A DNA stretch of 64,000 nucleotides from Guillardia theta CCMP2712 (Eukaryota > Protista > Cryptophyta): positions 310,001-374,000 of the forward strand of contig NW_005434649.1 of NCBI RefSeq assembly GCF_000315625.1, written 5' to 3'. Positions within the stretch are counted from its first letter, which is position 1, and every line of letters starts with the position of its first letter. Positions 38,101-49,465 of this stretch are shown here, piece by piece. The notes under the pieces were generated by a model. It was not told where the DNA came from and searched no databases. It worked only from the letters and a program-made list of their open reading frames with translations. A program made the translations under genes and the position numbers.

Positions 38101-39083
38101 GATATCGAATCCGACAGGCAAGTGACGATCGTCTGTACGGCTGCTGACCTGACAAGTTGTCACCAACAGCAGACTGACAACCGGAACGTGAGAGTTGTCT
38201 TCAACCCTGGAGCCGTGGCTGCAGGCATGAGTGTCGTGCTGGAGATCGAGATCAACGCAGTGGAGGAGGGGAGAGTGATGGACGAAATTGTGATAGAGAC
38301 CGAGAAGGAGGTGAGAAGAAGACGGGAGCGAGACGCTCCTCTGACCTGTTCCATGTTGAAGCATGTTCTGAAGCATGCTCCAGGTGTTCAGCATCCCCGT
38401 GTCTGCCGTCATCATCTCCAGCAAGGAGTTCCAGGATTGGATAGAACGAGGAGGACAGCTCCCTTGCAACGTGGCTGCTGCAGACTCGAACTCGAAGCAC
38501 GTGCTGCGATCGAAACCTCCATCGCTGGCGACGCTGAAGAGAGAGGTTCGTCGACACGTGTTCTTGCTATGGACTTATGGATGCTGTGAAGGGAACCACG
38601 ACTTCCAAGTCGAAGATGTTCTCAGAGGTGTCTGAAAGCACTTGGTCTCTCGTCTTCTCACTCGTTGACAGAGTCTCCGAGATCTTCAAGATCCCGTCCC
38701 TGAGCCTCAGCTGAGCAAGTACACGACAGACAAGGACTGGGTGGTTGACCCGACACGATCGGTGATGAACTTGGAGAGAAGAGGAGAGGGGAGGGGAGAG
38801 GAGAGGAGGAGTGCTGAGAGGAGGAGAGGCAGGATGTTTGATAGCAGTGCAGAGGAAGAGACGGGAAGTAACGGTTCTGACATGCATAGCAGTTGGCTGA
38901 AATCAGAAATCTCAACCAAGAGCAAAGAATGCAACTGTTGACCATCCAGGTACCGGATCTTGCATGCTTGCCGCGCGTATTGATGGGACTGTGCAGGACA
39001 TGAAACGGAAAGGGAAGATCGTGACTGAAGAAGCGAGCAGGGAGGAGAAGGAAACGAAGTCAGAGGAAGCAAGTGCTGAATAG
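32136..39083 (+). CDS. SPAG17: SPAG17/PF6-like flagellar central-pair projection protein, multi-exon
   Basis: Recalled family-like blocks: SVSIILDAVLQQVA, YPREDLLLVAF, beta-rich DG-turn region (DGTAEVVMEDG, VTTDVDKG..SDGS..HHSNGVEI), RLFAMRRDGSGFEL, and a C-terminal Ig/PapD-like domain (NFGQLEIG..VRVVFNPGAVAAGMSVVLEIEI..FSIPVSAVII). Confidence 0.68.
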
Positions 39084-39557
39084 TCGAACTTCACTCCCTC
39101 ACTTTGTCAATGTTGATGAGAATCCTCGAAGCTCTACTCTTGTCTCCTGCTCTCCTACCATGCAGCTGATCGTATCGCCTCCTGGCTACGTGCCGATCCT
39201 CTTCCATCTGCCCTAGCAGGCAGTCTCACCGTCCACGAGTCTTCACTGCCCCCTCCCCCTCCTCCTCCCTCTCCCCCTCCCTCCGTCCTGCTCTGCTCCC
39301 ATCCTTGTGACTATCGGGCCAAATAGTCTCAACGGACCTAACGAAAGCGAAAAATGGAGGCAGAGCAGAAACAGGAAAAAGGACAGGGATGAGACAAGGA
39401 GGAGGGGGCGGAGGGGGCGGAGGAGGAGGATACAAGGAGGAGGAGGGGGCATGGAGAGGAGAGGAGAGGAGAGGAAAGGAGAGGAAAGGAGAGGAAAGGA
39501 GAGGAGCGGGGTCTGCTGCTGTCGTGACATGATGGTCGGAGCGACGTCAAGAAAGCG

Positions 39558-42500
39558 ATGGCAAGCAAGGACAAGGAGATCAACGTCAAGAGGCAGAGAC
39601 CGTCGAAGCTCGGCTTCAAGATCCTGATCGAGAGGCTGAGAGAGGAGGAGGATGAAGCAGAGAAGGGCACCTGGGCGATCTGGGGCCTGCTGTCTACCTG
39701 GAACCCGTTCTGGAGGAACAACCAGGTAGAGGAACGCGGGAGGATGAGGACAGGAGGAAGAGATTTTGATCAATGTCACGAGCAGTTGTCCATCCTTGAA
39801 CTGTCAAAGACGACTGAGACTCACTTTGTACGTGAGATCGCGAGGAACATGGCGAGGAGGAACTCGAAGCTGTGCCTCTACTCCATGGGAGCTCTTACTC
39901 AGTTCGCGTTCCTCAACGCAGGTGATGTGATCGTAACACAACATCTCGGTGAATGCTCACCAGACGCCAAACGTGAGATCGCTGCCGATACACGTGTCAT
40001 GGGAAAACTTCAAGAGCTCCTGTCGGTCGTGGGAATGGATATGACGTACGATGAGCACAGATTGCAGTACAGCGCCGGCGAGATTGTACTTGTACTGCAG
40101 TCATACCATGCTGACTTCAATCTCAGCGTGTCTTCTCAGCGCTCTCACTTCTGCCCCGACATCTGCAGGTGAGACTGCTGCTGGTGTTGACGGCTTGACC
40201 TGTCCTAGATGTCTGTCTGCGTGTCGCTACCAACGACGCCATCATGAACAATCTCAACAACCTCGCAAGGTATCCCTGCGGTGTTGAGAGCGTTCTCACT
40301 GGCTGATGCATACATGCTTCATAGAACTGGAAGTGAAGCTCTCAACCAGACGATTGTCGACATTGTCTTCGGCCTCTCGTTCCACCATGAGGTGATCAGC
40401 TCGCTGTCTGCTCTGGAAGTAAGTCCAGCAGGTCCAGCAGCATCTGGTGCGTCACAGGTACACCCAGCTGATGCTGAGGATGCTGGAGCAGAGCCAAGGG
40501 AGGTAAAGTGAACAAATGCTGACGATGTTCCTGTGAGATGCGTTAGTAGAACTTCAGCTTTCTTGAAGGTTGCCATCGCCATCGTCAACTTCACAGAGAG
40601 GAGTCACGTGCGAAGTTTTGTTGGGCAGCAGGCAAGCATCAGCTCCTTGTATGCGGGAACTAACAGTTGACGTCTGCCAGTGCGTTTCCATGTTGTTGTC
40701 TGCCCTTACAGTCATCGTAAGAGAGGAGGTGCTGGTGCTCGAGGACCAGAAGCTCTTGGGATGTTTCAGCACCACGAGCTTAGAAGACTCTCACGATGCT
40801 GCTTCCAAGATTTACTCACTGCATGTTCTTTATCCCCTCTCGATCTTGTCCAGCCATGAGGTGAATACCCTGTCGATCTGATCGAGCCTGAAATTTTGAA
40901 AGGAAATTCATGAAAGCTTGAGAGGGAAGCGTTTTCTTGCTAACCTGAAAGAGTTCGTCAACATGTATCATCGAAGAATCATCAGCAAACAAGTGCAAGA
41001 CACGCCAGAAGCAGCATCGATCATGCGAATCGTGCAGATTTTGTCAAATCTTCAAAGAACGCCTGGTTGACAACGATTTGGTATAAACGAGCTCTGACTG
41101 TCCCTACTCAGATGGGCAACAAGCCATCAAAACAAGTAACCTGCCAGGAGCTTTGGTCAAAATCTTCGAAGATCAGCATGTAGAAGTAAGAAACACTGAT
41201 CAACTGACAAGATGCGTGACGTATACCCGAAGATAAGAGGAGAAATGTGCAAGTTCGTTCACAGTTGCCCTTTGCTCTGGGAGGAGGAGAGAGACAAAGT
41301 CTTGCCTATCCTCTTCTCTCTCCTGGGGGACAAGTCAGCTGAAGTTCGTAGGGAAGCCATGCATGCCGTATCTGAGATCTTTCACGTGCGAGCTACAAGA
41401 GGCGAGCTAGGAGAGTCCCTGAGCTTCTGCTGCAGAGGCCCGACGATGCTTTCATGCTGCAGCTGGTGGACATGGTAGAGGGAAAGCCCAAGGCGAAGAG
41501 GAAGTCAGGAGTTGGAATCTTGAGCATTCTTGCGAAGCAGTACTTGTCACTGCAATGATGTCGACGACGATGACAACTTTTTACCAGGGAGAGCATCCGG
41601 CCAGCTGTGGTCAGGTTTCTTCTCGATCGGCAATGCCTGCAGGAGCATGCGAGTCAAGCAGCTGATGCTGTTGGCAGGGTCGTTATGTCGGCAGACTTGA
41701 CTCAAGTCCTGTGGGTCTGCGTGACCCTCGAAGCCGCTGCCATCGATGAGGAGACGTGTAACGCGCTAGCTGACAGCATCATCACCTCCGGCATGTTCGG
41801 CAGGCTCAACACTAGCAAGACGATCCTCCTCGACACGCTCAGCATGCTCCTCTACATTCTCGTGCACTGCAAGACCAGGACAAACTCAGTCGCCATGGCT
41901 GAGTTTCTCCTGAAGCTCCTGGTCGTCCTCCCTCGTCAGCACTCGCAGCTCACTCGACCTGCAGGAGACCGACGGGTATCAGAGTCTGGCCATGGCCGAC
42001 TGGGTCAACGAAGTTCCTCCCCAGTCAGACCAGCACCTGTCGGGTTACCACCAGCTTCAGGTCACCCCACACCTCCTCCTGCTCTCTCGCTCACCCTCCT
42101 CGCAGCTCTCATCGTACAACAACATCCCCGTAGCTCCCCTGGAGGCTGTGGTGCAGCTCTTCAGCTTTGCCCGGGCGGAGAGGATGTACGAGGAGGAGAG
42201 CTTCAAGAGGGTCCGGTTGGAAGTGACCAGACTGATGACGAGGAGGGTCAAGACGGATGTCATACAGCTGAGAAAGTCTTGTATCGACGTGCTGGGCTAC
42301 ATCGCTGAGCCCAGCGACCGAGAGGTCGTGTCCGCCATGATCGATGCCACCATGGACGAGGACAGAGACATCTCAGACAGCGCGCATGTGGCGCTGAGAA
42401 GAATGTGCATTGAGAGCGAAAGCAATGGAGCGATGCCATCTGTCTTCTCTCCCGTCAGGACTCCAGCTGAGAGCATCTCCAAGAGGACCGCAGAGGACAA

Positions 42501-44245
42501 CCAGGAGGAGGAGAAGGTAGTCGGCTACCTAGATGGGGAGAAGGTGAAGCTGCCGCAGGAAGCAACCACGGGCGGCCTGCGGGACAAGATCGCGCAGGTT
42601 CAGGTGTACTGGAGCATTTCGTTCCGGTGCAGAGCAGATGTACAAGAGAAGGCAAGAAGCATCAAGGATGCTGTGGTGGCGGTAATGCTGTATGATTGGT
42701 CTCGTCTTACCGGATGCCAGGCGTCAAGGGGTTTGAGTTGTCTCATGTACTCCGTTAGCTCGTTGCAGGCTGAGAAGGATGAATACGATGTGACGGAGTA
42801 CATGAACTTACAAGACAGGCTCGACAAGGAGATGGAGGTAAACAGGACCAACATGTCAGAAGAACTCCTCACGTACTCGGTTTGCAGGAGGAGATTTCAG
42901 ACCTCTATCAGAAGCTGATCATCAAGAAGAGCAAGCTTGTTTCTGACCTGAGAACTCGTCAAGAAGACGAAATCAACGTCCTGATCTCCAAGAAACCTAT
43001 GTATGCTCCCCCTATGCTCCAGCTTCTAGGCTGACTTCTTCTACACAGCTCCCCCCTCTTCGAAGACGCCAAAGAAGTGAAGAAACTTGTACACACTGCT
43101 CCTGCTGATGCTCCTGCCTGTGCCAGACGTCGTCTTCGGTTTTTACAGGAGAGGAAGAGAGAGAGTATCAAAAGAAGGACAGAGAGCTCAAATACGAGTA
43201 CTTGTCCTGGTCTGATGGGTGTCGACACACTGACAAAGTTACAGCAACTACATCAGGGAGCTGGCGATTTTTGACAAGTCGCTGAGAGATCTGAAAGAAA
43301 AACATGAAGAAGAGCTGAGAAAGCTCGGGAAGGAGCAGGACGAGTATACACATGTACCACGGAGGAGGAGGAGGAGGAGGATATGTTACTGATGAGAAAC
43401 GTTTCAGATGAGTATGGAGGATAGAGAGGAGAAGTTGAAGCAGAAACGTGTTAACAGGATGGCAGCCCTGAAGTTGGAGCAGGTCAGCATAGAGTCTTCG
43501 ATCAAACCTTCCCGTCCCTCCTCTTCCACTCTTCTCAATTTTTAGCCTCAGTCTCCCGACCTCTCTCCTCGCTTAGAGTTCTTGACTAGAGCTCGCAGGA
43601 GCAACGCAAGACCGGCCAGCTCGGGCAGGCCTCGGACGAGCTAACATGGTCCCTTATGAAAGACAAGATCAGCAAGGTCGAGCTGTAAACTTGTGATGTC
43701 GCGGTCTCATCGTCAGAGCAGTCAGATATCTTCGTCGCATGCCTCACGGCCGAGTTCCTCGACGATCCTCTAGCAAGCAAGCAGCTTGTTGAAGCCTTCC
43801 GCCGAGGTGTTCGGATTATCTCTATCATCATCGACGCGCTCCCGGGCATGTACGACAACCCGGTACCGCACGTCTCTTCTCAGCTGCACTCCTGTCCTAC
43901 ATGACCGTTCTACATCTCCTCTCCATCTCTACGTTTCCTCGCTGACAAAGGCGCATCAAGGGCGCTAAGCTCGGGCTGCCATTCAGCGGTGGGCTCAAAT
44001 GGTGGCCTCCTCGCCGCGACATGGCGAGGTATCTTACACAAACTCCCATCAACCTCGCTCAGGTGCTTGACTTGTCTTCCTTCTCCTACCCTATGATGAT
44101 GACGAACTTGAGGCAGGCCGGTGGAGCAATCCCTTCAGCATCTTCAAGTTTTTCGTTGCTTCTCGAAGCATTGCACCACGACATTGAGGCAATCATCACG
44201 AAGAATCCTCATCACAAAGCAAAGAATTCTGATGAAGTAGTTTAA
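39558..44245 (+). CDS. ARM/HEAT-repeat protein with coiled coil and probable C-terminal TIR-like domain, multi-exon
   Basis: HEAT-like segments (LPILFSLLGDKSAEVRREAMHAVSEI; VVSAMIDATMDEDRDISDSAHVALRRM); C-terminal spliced WSLMKDKISKSDIFVACLTAEFLDDPLASKQLVEAFRRGVRIISIIID. Confidence 0.65.
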
Positions 44246-44558
44246 TTGCGTCATGCAAGCATTCTGACATTCAATGCTCCTGATATTTCATCTCACATCA
44301 ACTTGGAGCTGCGCCAGCAAAAAAAGTCTGCTAGAGTTCTCCTATCGCTGATTTCTTTACAAGGGTGCCTTCAAGGTAGACCTGGCGGTACCCAACCGAT
44401 CTGTGCAACACCGATCTACATTTCGCCTCCAAAATCACAGATTTGGAAACATGCCATCCATGACAAGTTCCCCTCAAAGTCGCAGAACTGAGAATCTCAA
44501 AAATATTACATGACACTTGCCCTGTCTCAGAGTGGCTGATAGAGAACAGATTAAACTA

Positions 44559-47300
44559 TCATGGGCATTCGTGGGCAGCTACACCTAGAAAGTTGTAAGC
44601 GAGAAGTGGTCGACCACACTCAAACTTACCCAATTCAAATGATTCCCCATTGAAATGCTTCTTGCCATCTAAAATGACCATCGAGCAAGAAACGTTGTCG
44701 TCGCTAACCATCAAGACTGCCAAATAGCAAGCAGCCAATATCGTCTTGGCAGGACTTGTTCTAATATTGGGGACTGGCTTCTCGTTTGCAAACATTTGCA
44801 AGTATTCGTGGGCTGACTCGTATGCTGACGTCCAAGTATCATCCGAGAGCTTGTTGTAAACAACATTGAACACGGCATCAAACAGCTCGCTCATCGAAGT
44901 TTGACTTGGGTCGGGGAGACTATCGGCTTCATGAATCTTGATGAGCAAGGCTTCTAGACAGGTGCCGGTGAAGAAATCTGGCCGTTTGCAATATCCAACA
45001 GGGTCCGTGAGGAAATGCGTAACCATATCTGGGGTCCTGAAGGCCTCCTTGGAAAAAAATCCATCACATGACAAAAGCAAACACTGGCTGGCGCCATTTG
45101 CAATCTGAAAAACAATAAGCTACACAAACAAACATTCAACATTGGTCACCTTCCACTCGAAAACTTCTGGATGCTGCAGCGGATGTTCCTTCTTCATGCG
45201 ATGCCCGACCGCACGCGTCGGTTCTACCTCCAAAACCTGCACAACACACTATCATCCAACCAAAAATCACAGCAAAAGATTTCTCACCCTCCAACGCTCC
45301 TCTCCGGGCATGTTACTAATATTGAATGGTCTCCGCGAAGGTGCAAAATTGTGCTTTTTCCGTAGCAGCTCAAATTCTCTGAAACCAACTCCAGTCGGAT
45401 CGTTGTTCATGCCGCTAGGAGATCCATCCTTGGCAATCTTAAGGCACACGTGACAAGAGAAACTCTAACGTTGGTTTACCTTCAAGTCTCCAGTCAAACC
45501 GTGAGATTCTGTTTCATACCGCCCGCTTCTGGTAACGCCTTTGCCCTCTTTGAAAAATTGATCACAATATGAGGTGAAGCAAAAAAGTATCCATACTCAA
45601 AGTGCCTTGCTCCTCGTCCCAAACTCGCATTGAGCCTTCCATGATTGCTTTGGTACTTGTCAGAATACTTCCTCCAATCTAAGGCACCAACCTCCAGTTT
45701 TGTTATCGAAAACAAGGGCCTTAGAATCCCCAAGGCATGAAGCATACACCTGTTTGGAAGAGAGTCACAAGCATGAATTCTCCAGGAATAGGGATTACTT
45801 TGGTTGCTGGGCCGTTGGGGTCATTCGAATGAACCCAGCATGCAACAGCAGTTGATCCTGAAACGTTCCATTAGACACGCGATCCATCTCCACACACTTG
45901 ATAAGATACCTGATTGTGCAAGGGGATAATCCGTCGGCATCAGATCCTTGTATACAAATTCAACCTGTGGAAGCCCTTGTATCTCAAATTACCTGACACT
46001 TGATGTATGCTGCATCTAGTGCTTTCACAACCTGTTTGATGAAAATTTATGATTCAGGTATACAATAATTAATTAGACATACCGTAGGAGGGGATCCTTC
46101 ATCACAAATTTTGGTTAAATCAGTTGCGCCCAATTCGCTGTTTAAAAATCAATGTCCTGTCCTGAAGAATACAAGCAGCTCACTTATAAAAGCACTCCGC
46201 CAACTTTATCCTAAGTAGCGACGACGCATGCTTTCCTCCTAAAATAATGCAGTTAGATCCTTAAAGTGCTGCTCAAAGCTAATGTACCATGCCCATCAAA
46301 GACTCCAAAAAGCTTGCCATCTGCACAAAGGATTACTTTCACGCAGCTGCTCAGAGAACGACGAGACCAGCATACGACGTATCCTCATTATTGTGCCTGG
46401 CTCCTTTTACCGTAACCTGACACCGATATTGAGCAATGACAGTGATCAAACTTCGACACTAACCTCAATATATGAAAATCCTTTGGTTCCATCGCAGAAC
46501 ACCCAAGGCTTCAGCTCCTTTTCAACAAATTATGCGACAAAACCAACTAGAAACAATAAATACAGTTTTTTGCGAGTTATAGAATTTCTTCAGCCATCCC
46601 GATAACAGATTTTCACTGAAGGACGAACAAGTCAACATTGAAGTCGGGGGAGCAAAAGACCGAAATCATACCGCTCTGATGAATGGTGATCTGAGTCTTC
46701 AGAAAGAGTGAAACAAAGGTGTCAAGGACATAATTCAAATATCATCAAAGCACACTACCATTAGCCCCTGACTTAGCACCCGCAGACATCCTACAAAAAA
46801 TCAACCCTGCAGTTTTTGAGCAATTCGCAGGTACAACTTGAAGATCTCTTCAAGCCAGGAAATCTTGAGGGCAGATGAGGGAAGTCCTGACAATCAATAA
46901 GCTCAGAACGTTGCACATTGCAGTGGAAGATGTGTAGGTTGAGACGAGATATGGGATAGAAAACATTAGGTTCCATGAGGAGGTGCGGTACGCAGAGGCG
47001 AACAAGCATGGAAATATGATGCGAATCAATTCAGAGGAACCCAAAACGAATGAGCATTCGCCTCAAGAAATCGGCTATGGCTTGATTCTAAATCCTATAG
47101 GGGTTTCATCTTTCAGATCTCTAGCTCTGCGCTGTTCAACTCAGTCTAGCACGAGGGTCGTAACAGTGAGGCCTGGATAGGCTTGTCCAATCCACTTTGG
47201 ATCAGAGACAATATGAGGAATCAATCTTATACGACTAGAGAGGTCCTTTCACAACATCATCGCATGATGGATCTCTTCTCTTGCTCCCTGTCTTGTGCTA
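44559..47300 (-). CDS. PP2C (PPM) family protein phosphatase, multi-exon, 5' end uncertain
   Basis: FGVFDGHG-GKHAS across an intron near 46230-46310; LEVEPTRAVG; LLSCDGFF; VSDDNVSC. Confidence 0.8.
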
Positions 47301-48019
47301 CCATTGCTAGACTGCAGGATGGTAGCAGGGGCAGCATAGCAGCGTCGGCGGAAGGTCGTCTGTGTCGTTGCGCCACCCCGTAGTAAAAGTGGTAAATGTA
47401 TTATATATTGTACCACACATTATACATGTACTTTGTTTTTTGTTTAAACATGGTTAATTGTGGCTCTGAATCATGGATAGAGTGTTGTAAGTTGTATACA
47501 TAAGTTATTCAGTCAATTACAGAATTGATAGTCTTATTCTACAATTATAAAAATAGTAGGTAGACTTCTTTTAAACATAAAATGACAAGTATCAGCCCGC
47601 TATTTTTAAACTAATATTAAAAGTGGGGGGTCACCCACCCACTGGACGCTTCTTCTGCCACCCACCCATCAAGACTTACCTAGTTTGCAAGGTACCCAGC
47701 TAATGGATATAATACATAGAGATACTAGGGTTGCCCTACCTACCCACCCCTCCCAGTAGCCTCTTTTGATTTACTACCACGGAGGTCCCGAAAGCCTGAG
47801 GACCGTGAGAAGGCTCTGCTGACAATTTCATATATTTTTATCATGAATAATAGTAATAAATATCGAATTCCTATGTTTTCGCTGCTATTGAGGAAGCGAA
47901 TGAGAAAGAATCGATGCTCTTTCGCAACGTTCCGAGGTAATGCTGACCCATAAAAACGGGACCAGAGCAGAAATGACCATAGGATCCCGGATCCGACGAT
48001 TCTCTCAGCAAGTCTCAAG

Positions 48020-48470
48020 GCGCAGTCCGGGGGCGCAGCCCGGCCGGCCCGGCGCCGGCGGGGCCGGGCGCCGGCGCCGGCGGTAGTACCTCACGGCCCG
48101 ATGCACCGAGTCGGAGCCGCCGGTGAGCCTGAGACGGTCACGGTACATGCCGTGTAGGCCCGCCATTCCTCGAGTCCGATCACCGTGGCCGCATCATCAG
48201 TGGCACTGATTCCCTCGGTGTCTCACTGCCGGCGATCAATTCAGGCTCAGTAGTGGCCATTCCTATTTCACTGATCTCCCGAGCCCAGGCGCCCCGGCCC
48301 GCCCTGATGATGCTACTGAGCCGGCCCGCCGGCCTTGCGCCCGGCCGGGGCCGACCGGGCTCGCACACCGTGGCACGGCCCGCCGGCGGCGCGCCGGGCC
48401 GACACACTGGGCCACTCACTGTCTGAGTCAGTAGTACCGTCACCGAATGCGGTATTACGGGAGTCGAGAG
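48020..48470. repeat. GC-rich palindromic intergenic block, same type as 13921-14420
   Basis: gccggccggcccggcgccggcggggccgggcgccggcgccgg and similar runs, between divergent PP2C and ilvA genes. Confidence 0.55.
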
Positions 48471-49465
48471 CAGTTGAGCTGTAAAAGAAGCCTGCCGCAC
48501 GGTAGGGGGCATATGTCAGTAGGGGGTCCTTGCATCGAGGCAAATGGGGGGTGGAGGTACTCAGCTCACAAACTAATTTGCAAGCGAGTCTGTGACCGAC
48601 ATTTACAAACTGATCAATACAAAAATCTAATCATTCAATAAAACTTTGAAATCAAATTGCATATATCAAATAAAAATATGAATTTACATTGGTGAAGGCA
48701 CCCTTTTGAGAAATACACCCACTGATTTGTACTTGCCAATATTACTTGGCTAGTGAGATGACCTACCATAATATTGAGGTCAATCATCTACATTCTTGTA
48801 CCCTACATTTTACCTAAAAACACCCACCCTTTAGACTTAACATGCCTCCACCCATGCAACCAGCCACACCTTCCCGCTATCTGCAACCGCCAACTGAGTA
48901 TTTTGCCTTTAGCTCCAATTCATGCCTACCCCTTTTGCATCCCAGGATACTCACCACCCACCCAGATACATCACTACCCCCCTTTATGACCTGAATTTGT
49001 TTCAGATGTCTCTATGTATGGTTTTTCAGGACCACCCCTACCCCTGCACAGGCACCTTTACCGCACCTTGACGGCACCGTCCACCCTGGGGGAGAAAATT
49101 GGAAATCCTGACTAGACAGTAGATTCCATGCGACCTTTCCATTCCTGAAGCCTCCTGCTCCTGCTTCTCCCTCCCTCTCCTCTCTTCCCCGTTTGTTGAA
49201 CCTCTGTAGATCCTAGCTTGCCTAGACAGGCAAGTGCTCTAACCAACCTTCCTAAGCATTGAAGCTCTTCCGACTCCATCCCCTTGATGTTTCCTTGAGG
49301 GGAAATACGATCCGTGTACTGCGCACAATTGGATACTTTGACCTTATAAACCAAGGATCACGAGCATACGAATAGAAGCTTTAAATCTCACAACCTTGCT
49401 ATTTTTGATTGAAACACACGACCGTATGTTGTTGATCGAAAAATGGCTGACGGCTTCTTCAATAG

